From Pseudomonadota bacterium (GTDB taxonomy: Bacteria > Pseudomonadota > Gammaproteobacteria > Xanthomonadales > Xanthomonadaceae), in contig JAFECB010000006.1 of NCBI GenBank assembly GCA_018242365.1, positions 816 to 64,815 on the forward strand: DNA of 64,000 bases, read 5' to 3'. This document shows, in pieces, positions 1 to 9,727 of this stretch. The number at the start of each line of letters is the position of its first letter. The stretch's first letter is position 1. A program made the translations under genes and the position numbers. Under the pieces are notes generated by a model. That model was not told the origin of the DNA, made no database searches, and saw nothing but the letters and a program-made list of their open reading frames with translations.

Positions 1-476
1 TGGCACAGGCCGGCTTCAATCAGTACGAAGTCAGTGCCTACGCCCGCGAAGGACACCGCTGCGAGCACAACCTGAACTACTGGGGCTTCGGCGATTACCT
101 CGGCATCGGGGCCGGTGCCCACGGCAAATTGACCCTGCCCACCCTGCCCGCCGAGGGCCGGGTGCTGCGGCGCTGGAAGCAGAAGCTGCCCAAGGCCTAC
201 ATGGCCAACGCCGGCAAGCCGGAGGCCGTCGATGGCGAGGAGACCCTGGCGACGCACCGATTGCCGTTCGACTTCATGCTCAATGCCCTGCGCCTGAACG
301 ATGGCGTGTCGATCGCCAGCTTCGAGGCCCGCACTGGGTTGTCACGGTCCGTCCTCGATGATCGCCTTGCCATTGCGCGCGAACGCGGCTGGCTCACCGA
401 CGAGCCGGACTGGCTGCGCCCGACGCCACTGGGACTGCGCTTCGCCAATGACGTGATCGGGCTGTTTCTGGACTGA
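1..476 (+). CDS. hemW: Radical-SAM heme chaperone HemW (HemN-like), C-terminal part. The 5' end lies outside the window.
   Basis: Frame 3 is open from the window edge. The translation AQAGFNQYEVSAYAREGHRCEHNLNYWGFGDYLGIGAGAHGK ... LGLRFANDVIGLFLD matches the HemW/YggW C-terminal region. The ORF-track entry 129..476 is the tail of this frame. Confidence 0.85.
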   Translation, partial: AQAGFNQYEVSAYAREGHRCEHNLNYWGFGDYLGIGAGAHGKLTLPTLPAEGRVLRRWKQKLPKAYMANAGKPEAVDGEETLATHRLPFDFMLNALRLNDGVSIASFEARTGLSRSVLDDRLAIARERGWLTDEPDWLRPTPLGLRFANDVIGLFLD

Positions 477-576
477 AGCTGGTTGGACTGAATTTTCCTC
501 GATTGAATCTCGGCCCCGATGGGTGCAGGATTCGCCTTCGACCATGCCTCCGGCATGAGGGCGCTGGGGGGCGTTG

Positions 577-2832
577 ATGGCGGCGACAGGTACTGGCTCC
601 ATGGATGGCAAGGCGGCCTCGCCGCCACTGTCGCGCCGGGCGCGCAGCGTGCTGGACACGTTGTATGCGGACGCCCGCAAGGAACTCGAATACCAGCTTC
701 CACGCATCATCGAAGCCACTGCACTGTCGATGAGCGAGCCGGTACCCGCCGGCAAACCGGAACTGGAGGCGGCCCGCATCACCTCGCTTCGCAGTCTCGG
801 CGACGGCAGCCGCATGTTCGTCCAGCGATTCCTCGCCCATGTGGAAGCGGCGTTCAAATTGTCTCGTTCGGGTCATGGCGAAACCGAACGCGCACGCTCC
901 GAAGCTCAAGCCGAAGCATTGAGCCTTGTTCTCGATGACGCACCCGACAATATCGGGACCTTGCTCGAGAACACGGCATTGCGACTGGCCTCGCGCAACA
1001 GTCTCGCATTGCAACTTCTGGGGCAACGCTTCGGCGTGCTGGCCCGTGCGCCTGCGTTCGAGCCGGAGTTGCTGCCACTGGGGCCGAACACCTTGTGCGA
1101 GGGCTTGGCCAAATCGGTGGAAGTGCTGGATTTGGCACTCCCTGCAAGACAGCAACTGATTTTTCAGTTCGAAAAGTCGCTGGTCGATGCCTACCCCACA
1201 TTGCTCGACAGCTTCAATGCCAGCTTGGCACGCGCGGGAATCCTGCCCTTCCTGAGCTACGTGCCAGTCCGCCGACACCCCGGCGCAAGTCCGGGAACCT
1301 GGGTAGAGGACGACGAGGCCGAATCCCTCGCAACACCAATCCAGCCACCCGAAGTCGAGGCGATCACCACCCGGATCACGGCACGTGTGCGCTCCGAACA
1401 ACGTGCGCCGATCGACGCCAGTTTTGCGACGTTGCAGTCATTGATGCAGCGCAGGCGCGCGGTACTCGCCAAATTGCGGCCCGGATCGCTGGCCACCACC
1501 GAACGCGAGAAGAACCTCGCCCCGCTGGCTCACGACGATGTCGTCGATGCACTCAAGCGCCTGCGCAGCACCAATACACGCGCCGAAAACGTGCAGGAGT
1601 ATCGGCAGATCCTGCTGGCGCAGGCACGCCAGCAACAGGGTCGCGGCGTTGCCCTGACGGAAAAGGACGAGGACAGCTTCGACCTGCTGGCGCTGTTCCT
1701 TGCCCAGCTCAAGAAGGGCCTGCGACGCACCAGTCCCGGCAATGCACTGACCGACAAGTTGTTCCTGCCGATGCTGCTGTCCGCAGTCCGCGATCCGGGG
1801 TTTTTCACCAACCGCGAGCACCCGGCGCGCGAATTGCTGGATGCGGTCTCGCTGTCGGGCGCGCGCTGGCTGGCCGAGGACGACCTCGATCCGCAATGGT
1901 TAGGCCTGTTGCAACGCGCGGTAACCTCGGTGCAGAACGACAAGGAAGGCAGCCCGGAATCGATCGCCGAATCCAACCGGACCCTGCAATCGGGCCTGCA
2001 AACCCTGCTGCGCAAGTCCGAGATGGCCGAACGCCGGCAGGTCGAGGCCGCGCGGGGTCGCGAACGCCTCGCCATCGCCCGAATGTGCGCCGGCGATGCG
2101 ATTTCGGCGCTATTGGGTGATCGCACCCTGCCGGAATTCCATGACGTGTTCATCCATCACGCCTGGGCCGATGTGCTGTCGCTGACGTATCTGCGCGGTG
2201 GCGATGAATCGGATGCCTGGCGCGAGCTGGTGGGCATTACCAACGACATCATCGAGTCTGGGTTCACCGACGCCACACATACCCTGCCCAGCGCCACCTT
2301 GACAAAAATCGGCGCGGCATTGGAGCAAGTGGGTTACCACAGCGACGACACCACGGCGATCACGCGCACATTGAACGCGGAGGCGTTCACCAGTGCGCCC
2401 GACCCGGAACGCACGCAGCTGCTGGAAAAACTCGGCACCCGCGCACGCCTCGGCGAAGACAGCCTTGGCCGCAAGGAGGAGCAGCAGGACCTGCAGCATC
2501 CGGCGGTGCAACGGGCCTACGACCAGTTGCGCAATGCCGAGATGCCGGCATGGATCGAATTCACCAGCGATCCCGAGCGCCCGTTGCGGCGGCGACTGGC
2601 ATGGGTCGGTGAAGCCTCCGGCCAGGCTTTGCTGGTCAACCGTCGCGGCCTGCGTGCGGAGGACGCCACTTTGGTCGGACTGGCGCGCAAGCTGGCCGCC
2701 GGCGACGCACTGTTGCTGGACGGTGATACCTCGCCAGCGAAATCGGCCTGGGAATCCACCCTCGAAAGCCTGCAACCACTGGCGCATGGCCACGACAAGA
2801 CCCAGAGCGAGGACATGAGCGATGGGCATTGA
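577..2832 (+). CDS. DUF1631-family protein (about 750 aa)
   Basis: 752-aa ORF (track start 574 is TTG; first ATG is 577, alternative ATG 601). Its size, N-terminal SRRARSVLDTLY segment and position directly upstream of a PilZ gene fit the gammaproteobacterial DUF1631 family. This is recognition only; no catalytic motif was identified. Confidence 0.6.
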   Translation: MAATGTGSMDGKAASPPLSRRARSVLDTLYADARKELEYQLPRIIEATALSMSEPVPAGKPELEAARITSLRSLGDGSRMFVQRFLAHVEAAFKLSRSGHGETERARSEAQAEALSLVLDDAPDNIGTLLENTALRLASRNSLALQLLGQRFGVLARAPAFEPELLPLGPNTLCEGLAKSVEVLDLALPARQQLIFQFEKSLVDAYPTLLDSFNASLARAGILPFLSYVPVRRHPGASPGTWVEDDEAESLATPIQPPEVEAITTRITARVRSEQRAPIDASFATLQSLMQRRRAVLAKLRPGSLATTEREKNLAPLAHDDVVDALKRLRSTNTRAENVQEYRQILLAQARQQQGRGVALTEKDEDSFDLLALFLAQLKKGLRRTSPGNALTDKLFLPMLLSAVRDPGFFTNREHPARELLDAVSLSGARWLAEDDLDPQWLGLLQRAVTSVQNDKEGSPESIAESNRTLQSGLQTLLRKSEMAERRQVEAARGRERLAIARMCAGDAISALLGDRTLPEFHDVFIHHAWADVLSLTYLRGGDESDAWRELVGITNDIIESGFTDATHTLPSATLTKIGAALEQVGYHSDDTTAITRTLNAEAFTSAPDPERTQLLEKLGTRARLGEDSLGRKEEQQDLQHPAVQRAYDQLRNAEMPAWIEFTSDPERPLRRRLAWVGEASGQALLVNRRGLRAEDATLVGLARKLAAGDALLLDGDTSPAKSAWESTLESLQPLAHGHDKTQSEDMSDGH

Positions 2833-3163
2833 ACAGCGCCGCAATCCCCGCCGGTCGGTCGAAGGCCGGGTCGATGTGTACGACACCATCGCCGAACGCT
2901 CGGCCGGCATCCTTGGCGATGTCTCCTCGGGCGGCATGTTGCTGATCGCCAGCGGCCCGGTGCCCGATGATGCTCTATTCCAATTTCGCTTCAGCCTGCC
3001 GGACGGTAGCCGCATGCTGCCGACCGTCGAGGTGGGTGCGCATGTGCTCTGGCAGGACCCTGCCAGCGCACCCGGCCAGTACTACATCGGCATGCGTTTC
3101 ATCGGCCTGGAGCCTTCGGTGGCGCGGATGCTGCGGCAATGGTCGGAGCCGGGTAGCGCCTGA
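2822..3163 (+). CDS. PilZ-domain c-di-GMP-binding protein
   Basis: 113-aa ORF with the bipartite PilZ signature RRNPRR (RxxxR) followed by DVSSGG (D/NxSxxG). Its ATG at 2822 overlaps the last 11 nt of the upstream gene. Confidence 0.8.
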   Translation: MGIEQRRNPRRSVEGRVDVYDTIAERSAGILGDVSSGGMLLIASGPVPDDALFQFRFSLPDGSRMLPTVEVGAHVLWQDPASAPGQYYIGMRFIGLEPSVARMLRQWSEPGSA

Positions 3164-3279
3164 TCGCTCGTCGGACCTCAGCACATACCTGTCACGCAAC
3201 ACCATTGCCTTGGCACGCCCTTGACACGCCCTTGCGGCGTCCCTGCGGCAGAATGGGCGATCCCAGCAGGCGCACGTCC

Positions 3280-4605
3280 ATGACCCGGTCCGATCTCGCA
3301 TCGCTTTATCCCGCCCACCTCGCCGTGCTCGAAACACGTGCCGACGAGGCGCTACGCCGCTGCCAACGCGCGCATCTGGTCATCCCCAGCGGCAACCTGC
3401 ACCTGCGCGCGTTCGATGACCTCGAATATCCCTACGCGACCAATCCCCAGTTCAAGGCCTGGCTGCCGCTGACCAATGCCCCCGGCAGTTGGCTGGTGAT
3501 CACCCCCGGGCAGCGACCGAAGCTGCTGTTCCTGCAACCGCATGATTACTGGCATGTCGTCCCCGCCACGCCTTCCGGCTATTGGGCGGCGCATTTCGAC
3601 ATCATCGTGATCCGTACCGCCGAGGAGGTACTGACGCACCTGCCCGGCGATCCGGCCCGCTGCGCCATCCTCGGCGAACCGCACAGCGCGCTCGGCGGCT
3701 TTATCCCCGACAACCCGCCGGCGGCGATGGCCTATCTCGATTACCACCGCGCCTTCAAGACCGCGTATGAAATCGAAATGATGGCGGCCGCCAACCGCAC
3801 CGCCGTGCGCGGCCACCACGCGGCCTTGCGCGCGTTTCGCGCCGGCTCCAGCGAGTTCGGCATCCATATGGCGTACTGCCAGGCGGCAGGGCAGGACAGC
3901 AGCCAACTGCCCTACGGCAACATCATCGCGCTCAACACCCATGCAGCCGTGCTGCATTACATGACCCAGGAAAGGCTGCCGCCGAACCCGCTGCGCAGTT
4001 TCCTGATCGACGCCGGTGCCGACCACGGCGGCTATGCCGCAGACATCACCCGCACTTACTCGGCGCACGAGGACGACGATTTCGCGGCCTTGATCCGGGC
4101 GCTGGATGATGCCCAGCAAACGCTGGCCGCACGCGTGCGGCCCGGCCTCGAATACCGGCAACTCCACCTCGACGCGCATCTCGCGCTGGCCGGCGTATTG
4201 CGTGAGGCCGGCGTGCTGCGCATCAGCGCCGAGGACGCGGTCGCACGTGGCGTATCACGCGTGTTCTTCCCGCACGGCCTCGGCCACGGCATCGGCTTGC
4301 AGGTCCACGATGTCGCCGGCTTCGCCGCATCGGATGCCGGCGGCATCCTCGACAAGCCCGAGGGCCATCCTTACCTGCGCCTGACCCGGACCCTTGAAGC
4401 GGGCATGGTGGTCACCATCGAGCCGGGAATCTATTTCATCGACATGCTGCTCGACAAGCTCAAGGCCAATGGCCTGGGCGATACCGTGGATTGGGGTCGG
4501 ATCGAGGCCTTCAAGCCCTGCGGCGGCATCCGCATCGAAGACGACGTGGTCTGCACCGAGGATGCGCCACGCAACCTCACCCGCGAGGCGTTTGCAGCAG
4601 GTTGA
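3280..4605 (+). CDS. pepQ: Xaa-Pro dipeptidase (prolidase, M24B)
   Basis: The N-terminus from ATG 3280 (MTRSDLASLYPAHLAVLETRADEAL) and the metal-ligand region (DAGADHGGYAADITRT, HGLGHGIGLQVHD, VVTIEPGIYF, GIRIEDDV) are typical of PepQ. The track start 3205 looks like an upstream extension. Confidence 0.85.
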   Translation: MTRSDLASLYPAHLAVLETRADEALRRCQRAHLVIPSGNLHLRAFDDLEYPYATNPQFKAWLPLTNAPGSWLVITPGQRPKLLFLQPHDYWHVVPATPSGYWAAHFDIIVIRTAEEVLTHLPGDPARCAILGEPHSALGGFIPDNPPAAMAYLDYHRAFKTAYEIEMMAAANRTAVRGHHAALRAFRAGSSEFGIHMAYCQAAGQDSSQLPYGNIIALNTHAAVLHYMTQERLPPNPLRSFLIDAGADHGGYAADITRTYSAHEDDDFAALIRALDDAQQTLAARVRPGLEYRQLHLDAHLALAGVLREAGVLRISAEDAVARGVSRVFFPHGLGHGIGLQVHDVAGFAASDAGGILDKPEGHPYLRLTRTLEAGMVVTIEPGIYFIDMLLDKLKANGLGDTVDWGRIEAFKPCGGIRIEDDVVCTEDAPRNLTREAFAAG

Positions 4606-4617
4606 GCGCATACGACT

Positions 4618-4648
4618 CCGTTGCAGCGCACCGCAGGGGCGCGATCGC
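4618..4648 (+). repeat. Single copy of the GTAG-type REP family (core AGCGCACCGCAGGGGCGCGAT)
   Basis: The 21-nt core at 4625-4645 is identical to copies at 37363-37384, 37455-37476 and 56466-56486. It lies in the 57-nt convergent spacer between pepQ and pepP. The head here reads GTTGC instead of GTAGG. Confidence 0.75.
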
Positions 4649-4662
4649 AAATCGACCTCGCC

Positions 4663-5997
4663 TCAGGCGCTTGCCTGCCGGGCCTGCGCCATCAACGCCT
4701 CGACTTCATCCGCGCTGCGCTCCAGTGCTGCGCTCAACACCCGATGACCCGTGCGGGTCACCAGCACATCGTCTTCGATGCGAATTCCGATCCCGCGCCA
4801 TTTCGCCGGCACGTCGGCCGCATCCGGCGGAATGTAGAGGCCGGGCTCGACGGTGAACACCATCCCCGGCTCCAGCAGCCGCGATGCACCGTCGATTCGA
4901 TACTCGCCCACGTCATGCACATCGAGACCCAGCCAGTGCCCGGTCTTGTGCGGATAGAAACGCGTGCAGGCCTCGTTCGCCAGCACGTCCTCCAACCTGC
5001 CCTTGAGCAGGCCCAGCGATAACAGGCCTTCGCTGAGCGTGGCCACTGCCGCCGTATGCATGGCCGCATACGGCTGGCCCGGCTGCGCCTGCGCCAGTGC
5101 GGCCTGCTGCGCCGCGCAGACCAGATCATGCAGGGCGCGTTGCTCCTTGCTGAAGCGGCCATTGGCGGGGAAGGTGCGTGACACGTCAGCCGCATAGCCG
5201 TGATATTCGGCGCCGGCATCAACCAGCACCAGATCGCCCTTGCGAATACGACTGGCATTGGCGCCGTAATGGAGGATGCAGCCATTACTGCCAGCGCCAA
5301 CTATGCTGGCATAGGCCGGTTGTGCGCCATTGCGGCGGAATTCACGCTCGATCTCGGCCTGCAGGGTGTATTCGTGCTGACCTGGCCGCACCGTGGCCAT
5401 CGCCGCGCGATGCGCCGCGATCGTGATGTCCACCGCCTGCTGCAGCAAGCGGATCTCGGCCTCGGATTTGAACAGGCGCTGTTCGTCGAGCAGGTGGCCG
5501 AGCTGCAGGAATTCCTGCGGCGCATTGCCGCCGGCACGCCCGCGCAAGCGGTTGACCCAGCCGATCAGCTTGAGGTCGAAACCGGCATCGAGGCCCAGCG
5601 GGTAGTACACCCGCGACCGCCCTTCCAGCAGCCCCGGCAGGATGTCGTCGATGTCGGCAATCGGATAGGCATCGTCCACCGCGAGCGCTTCACCGGCACG
5701 CTCCGGGCCGAGCCGTGGGCCGTCCCAGCCTTCGCGCGCCGGGTCGCGTTCACGGCAAAACAATATCGCCTCGCCGTGCTTGCGGCCGGGCACCAGCACC
5801 AGCACCGACTCCGGTTCGAGGAAGCCGGTCAGGTACAGGAAATCCGAATCCTGTCGATACGGATGCAAGGTGTCACGGCTGCGCACCCGCTCGGGGGCGG
5901 CGGGAAGCACCACGATGGCGTCCGCACCCGCGCCAGCGAGCAAGCGCGCGCGCCGTGACGCGTGGATCCGGCGCCACTCGGCGGTCAACCCGGGCAT
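4663..5997 (-). CDS. pepP: Xaa-Pro aminopeptidase (M24B)
   Basis: 444-aa ORF with ATG at 5997. It has the PepP N-domain (HPYRQDSDFLYLTGF) and M24 metal ligands (LVDAGAEYHGYAADVSRTF, HKTGHWLGLDVHD, VFTVEPGLY, GIRIEDDV). It sits in the conserved ygfB-pepP arrangement. Confidence 0.9.
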   Translation of the reverse strand: MPGLTAEWRRIHASRRARLLAGAGADAIVVLPAAPERVRSRDTLHPYRQDSDFLYLTGFLEPESVLVLVPGRKHGEAILFCRERDPAREGWDGPRLGPERAGEALAVDDAYPIADIDDILPGLLEGRSRVYYPLGLDAGFDLKLIGWVNRLRGRAGGNAPQEFLQLGHLLDEQRLFKSEAEIRLLQQAVDITIAAHRAAMATVRPGQHEYTLQAEIEREFRRNGAQPAYASIVGAGSNGCILHYGANASRIRKGDLVLVDAGAEYHGYAADVSRTFPANGRFSKEQRALHDLVCAAQQAALAQAQPGQPYAAMHTAAVATLSEGLLSLGLLKGRLEDVLANEACTRFYPHKTGHWLGLDVHDVGEYRIDGASRLLEPGMVFTVEPGLYIPPDAADVPAKWRGIGIRIEDDVLVTRTGHRVLSAALERSADEVEALMAQARQASA

Positions 5998-6000
5998 GGC

Positions 6001-6639
6001 TCAATGCAGCCGGCGGTCGGGAGCCGTCGGCCGCGCGCAGTCCGCATGCACAAGCAGGGTGGCGACGCGCAGATACTCCTCGATCTCGGCAAGATCGCGC
6101 GCGTCGTCATCCTCGTCACCTTCTTCAACCTGCGCAGCGGCCAGGTTGCCCATGTCCTGCAGGGCCTCGCTGATCTCGTCCGTCAGTTTGCCCTCGCGCG
6201 GTACCAGGCCAAAACCGCCAAGGAAGCCCCGGCACCACTCGAACACCGCAGCCGCGCGTACCGCGACCTTCTCGTCCTCCGGTAGCAGCAACTGAAAGCC
6301 GAATTGCGGGTCGTCCAACTGCGCCGTGCTGGCCACGCGCAGGCGGTCCAGCGTGTCGCCAGCGGCCGGTTGGGGCAACTCGGCATCGACCATCACCGAG
6401 CGCAGCCAGTCCGCCGTGTTGGCACCGCCAGCGGCCAGCCAACCGCACAATGCGCCGTGCAGTTCGGCCGGCCCCATGGCCAACTGCAATGGCTGGATGG
6501 CCGCAGCCACCTCTGCCCAGGCCGGCAATGCTTGATCGCGCACGCGTGAGGCTCCATCGACACCAGCCGCCAGTGTAGCAATCGCCTCCGCCCGCTTGTT
6601 GCCGGTGCAGGCTTTGGAAACACGGATCAATCGCTGCAT
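6001..6639 (-). CDS. ygfB: UPF0149 (YgfB-like) protein
   Basis: It has the motif GPAELHGALCGWLAAGG, an acidic C-terminal segment EEGDEDDDARDLAEIEEYLRVATLL, and the classic position upstream of pepP. The ATG at 6639 was verified. An in-frame GTG at 6543 would give a more typical length of about 180 aa. Confidence 0.75.
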   Translation of the reverse strand: MQRLIRVSKACTGNKRAEAIATLAAGVDGASRVRDQALPAWAEVAAAIQPLQLAMGPAELHGALCGWLAAGGANTADWLRSVMVDAELPQPAAGDTLDRLRVASTAQLDDPQFGFQLLLPEDEKVAVRAAAVFEWCRGFLGGFGLVPREGKLTDEISEALQDMGNLAAAQVEEGDEDDDARDLAEIEEYLRVATLLVHADCARPTAPDRRLH

Positions 6640-6695
6640 GATTGCTCCGTGGCCAGCCACCCATGGCTGGCGGGAGTCCCTGAATTGTTCAGAGG

Positions 6696-9047
6696 TTGCC
6701 GAGCGCCTACACTCGAAGCCGTGCCTTCCGTGGCGGCTCCCGCACCGACAACCATCAACCATTGCTGCCGGCGCGTTCCAACGCACCCCACCTGTCCACG
6801 ACCCCGTTGAACGCGCTCATCGACTCGCCACTGGTCCTGCTGCTGTCGGTACTCGTGCTGGCGCTGGCGGGACTGGCCGTCGCAAGTTTCCGCCGCCGCG
6901 AGCGCGACCAGCGCAAGCTCATGCAGGCCCTCGACGAGAGCGACCAGCAGTTGCGGCTGGCGCTGTGGGCGTCGGGTGAACTGTTCTGGCAGTACGACCT
7001 GCGCAGCCATCATCTGCAACGTACCCGGATCGTGGCCGATGCCGACAACGATCTGGCGGTGCGTTCCGATCTGGATCGTGACACCCAGATCCATCCCGAT
7101 GACTTGCCGCGTGTGCTCGACCAGCTGCGCGCCTATCTGCGCGGAGACGCGCCGATGGTGCAGATCGACCTGCGTTTCCGCGGCGAGGGCGATGGCGAGC
7201 GCTGGCACTGGTTGCGCGCACATGGCCGCACCGTCGAACGCGACGCCGACGGCCGCGCCATCAAGGTGGCCGGCACTGCGCGCGACATCGATGCGATGCG
7301 CGAACTGGAGGGGCAGCACGGCATCTCGGTCGAAGTGATGCGCAACATGGCCGAAGCGGTGGCGGTGCTGGATCCGGAATTCAATTTCCTCGCCGTCAAT
7401 ACCGCGTTCACCCGGATGAGCGGCTACGCCGGCGACGAGGTGATCGGCAAGGACGCCAGCCTGCTCAACGGCAACCAGCACGAACCGGAGTTCCACGCCG
7501 CCGCCCGCGACAGCATCCGCACCCGCGACACCTGGTCAGGCGAGATGTGGCAACGGCGCAAGGATGGCGTCGATTTCCTGTGCGCGATGCAGTGCACGGC
7601 GATCCTCGATCCGGGCACGCGCCAGCGCCGCTACGTGATCGTGTCCAGCGACATCACCGAACGCCGCCGGCTCGAACATGAGTTGCGCTTCCTCGCCAAT
7701 TTCGATCCGTTGACCAATCTTCCCAACCGCACCCATCTGGCGGGACGCCTGGCCCGTGCGATCATGCAGGCGCGTGCCAGCGGCACCAAGGTCGGCCTGC
7801 TGTTCCTCGACCTCGACAACTTCAAGGACGTGAACGATTCGCTCGGCCATCCGATCGGCGACCGTGTGCTCAAGGCCGCCGCGCAACGCCTGCAGGATGC
7901 GGTCGGAAGCGAACGGACCGTCGCCCGCGTCGGCGGCGACGAGTTCACCGTGGTGATCGAGCACATCACCACGGCCGATGAAGCGGGGGCATGCGCGCAG
8001 GCGATCATCGACATCTTCGATGCGCCACTGCGGCTGGATGATCGCTACGAGTTCACCATTTCGCCCTCGATCGGCATCAGCCTGTTCCCCGATCATGCGC
8101 AATTGCCGGATGACCTGATCAAGCACGCCGACACCGCGATGTACCGCGCCAAGGCCGCAGGCAAGCATGGCTACGTCCACTACACCGAGGACATGGACGA
8201 CGAAATCCGCCTGCGCGCCAATCTCATTGCGGCCCTGCGCAGGGTGCTCGAACGCGGCGAATTGCGCATCGAATACCAGCCGCAACTGGCGCTCGACACC
8301 GGCGACATCGGTGCGGTGGAGGCGCTGCTGCGCTGGTACAGCCCCGAGTACGGCGAGGTCCCGCCCAGTCGTTTCATACCGTTGGCAGAGGAAAGCGGCC
8401 TGATCGAGGCGATCGGGGAATGGGTGCTGCATGAAGCCTGTCGAACGCTGGCCGACTGGCGGCGCGCCGGTGTCGGCGACGCGCTGGTGATGTCGGTCAA
8501 TGTCTCGGCGATGCAATTGCTGCGTGGTGATCTGATCGGCAGTGTTCACCGGGCACTCGAAGCGAGCGGACTGCCGCCCGCGGCACTGGAGCTGGAATTG
8601 ACCGAAAGCGTGCTGATGAGCAATGCCGAAGTGGCTAGCGAGCGCCTGCAAGACTTCCAGCGGATGGGCGTGTCGATCGCGGTCGATGATTTCGGCACGG
8701 GCTACTCGTCGCTGGCCTACCTGCACCGATTGCCGATCAATACTCTCAAGATCGACAAGGCCTTCGTTGATGGCCTCGCCTCCAACAATGAAGCCGACAG
8801 CGAAGACACCACCATCACCACCACGATCATCGCGATGGCACGCACGCTCGGGCTGCTGGTGGTGGCCGAAGGGGTGGAGACCGCCGCACAACTGGCCTTC
8901 CTGAAACAGCACGACTGCAATCTCGTGCAGGGCTACTGGATCTCGCCACCCCTCCGCGCAGACGCCTGCCTGCAACTCCTGCTCGGCAAGCGCGGCCTGA
9001 CCTCGGCCCCGTCCGGCACGCTTGACCGCGACGCCACCCCTGCCTAA
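6696..9047 (+). CDS. Membrane-anchored PAS/PAC-GGDEF-EAL c-di-GMP turnover protein
   Basis: The protein has an N-terminal TM helix (LVLLLSVLVLALAGLAVASF), two PAS-like regions, an intact GGDEF motif (RVGGDEFTVV), an intact EAL motif (VEALLRW), and downstream DDFGTGYSSL and QGY motifs. The start is uncertain: 6696 is TTG, there is no ATG before the TM helix, and TTG 6807 is an alternative. Confidence 0.85.
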   Translation: MPSAYTRSRAFRGGSRTDNHQPLLPARSNAPHLSTTPLNALIDSPLVLLLSVLVLALAGLAVASFRRRERDQRKLMQALDESDQQLRLALWASGELFWQYDLRSHHLQRTRIVADADNDLAVRSDLDRDTQIHPDDLPRVLDQLRAYLRGDAPMVQIDLRFRGEGDGERWHWLRAHGRTVERDADGRAIKVAGTARDIDAMRELEGQHGISVEVMRNMAEAVAVLDPEFNFLAVNTAFTRMSGYAGDEVIGKDASLLNGNQHEPEFHAAARDSIRTRDTWSGEMWQRRKDGVDFLCAMQCTAILDPGTRQRRYVIVSSDITERRRLEHELRFLANFDPLTNLPNRTHLAGRLARAIMQARASGTKVGLLFLDLDNFKDVNDSLGHPIGDRVLKAAAQRLQDAVGSERTVARVGGDEFTVVIEHITTADEAGACAQAIIDIFDAPLRLDDRYEFTISPSIGISLFPDHAQLPDDLIKHADTAMYRAKAAGKHGYVHYTEDMDDEIRLRANLIAALRRVLERGELRIEYQPQLALDTGDIGAVEALLRWYSPEYGEVPPSRFIPLAEESGLIEAIGEWVLHEACRTLADWRRAGVGDALVMSVNVSAMQLLRGDLIGSVHRALEASGLPPAALELELTESVLMSNAEVASERLQDFQRMGVSIAVDDFGTGYSSLAYLHRLPINTLKIDKAFVDGLASNNEADSEDTTITTTIIAMARTLGLLVVAEGVETAAQLAFLKQHDCNLVQGYWISPPLRADACLQLLLGKRGLTSAPSGTLDRDATPA

Positions 9048-9056
9048 GGTTGGCCG

Positions 9057-9278
9057 ATGGACAGCTGCGACCCGCACACCGAACTGCACAAGCTGCTCGC
9101 GCGGATCGACCTGCTGGCCGAACGCATGCGCCGCCTGCAGGACGAGAACCGCAGCCTGCGCACGCAGGCAGCACAGCTGGCCAACGAGCGCGCGCAGTTG
9201 ATCGCCAAGCAGGAACAGGCGCACAACCGGGTCGAGGCGATGATCCACCGGCTGAAGTCGCTGGAGCAGCACACATGA
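9057..9278 (+). CDS. Small coiled-coil protein (ZapB-like / TIGR02449-like) upstream of zapA
   Basis: 73-aa all-heptad sequence (LLARIDLLAERMRRLQDENRSLRTQAAQLANERAQLIAKQEQ). Its stop TGA overlaps the zapA ATG (ATGA at 9275-9278). Confidence 0.6.
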   Translation: MDSCDPHTELHKLLARIDLLAERMRRLQDENRSLRTQAAQLANERAQLIAKQEQAHNRVEAMIHRLKSLEQHT

Positions 9279-9568
9279 GCGAGCCGGTCACCGTCCGCAT
9301 CCTTGATCGCGAATACACGGTCGGCGTCAGCGACGAAGAGCGCGCCGGCCTCGCCGCCGCAGCACGGATGCTGGATGCACGGATGCGTGAGCTGCGCGGT
9401 GGCAACAAATTGGTCGCGCCCGACCGCCTCGCCGTGTTGACCGCGCTCAACCTCGCCCACGAGCTGCAAAGCGCGAAGACCGGGCCGGAGCCGGGTCCGG
9501 ATCCCGCGCTGGCCCTGATCGACGAAGCCAACCGCAAGCTCGATGCGCTGTTGGCGCAAGCAGGCTGA
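9275..9568 (+). CDS. zapA: Cell division protein ZapA
   Basis: The translation MSEPVTVRILDREYTVGVSDEERAGLAAAARMLDARMRELRGGNKLVAPDRLAVLTALNLAHEL is a typical ZapA. It is followed by 6S RNA and ygfA, as in E. coli. Confidence 0.85.
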   Translation: MSEPVTVRILDREYTVGVSDEERAGLAAAARMLDARMRELRGGNKLVAPDRLAVLTALNLAHELQSAKTGPEPGPDPALALIDEANRKLDALLAQAG

Positions 9569-9727
9569 TCGCCGCCGCCGGGGACCGGCCTTCCGGTAAC
9601 GGCCACGCCATCCGGCAATCGACCTACTCATCGGTATCACTTTGGCGGATCAAGCACTTGCGTGGTGCATCGGCAAGTGTCGCGACAAAGACGCAGCAAC
9701 ACCTGCGCCTCCACCCCTGCACTGCGG

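Noticed and set aside
3210-3226. Sigma-54-like element TGGCAC-N5-TTGA and a perfect TTGACA -35 hexamer upstream of pepQ.
   Set aside because: The -12 element lacks the conserved GC (it reads TGACA rather than TTGCA). The only -10-like hexamer (CAGAAT, 3248-3253) lies 21 nt from the TTGACA, which is too far for a sigma-70 promoter.
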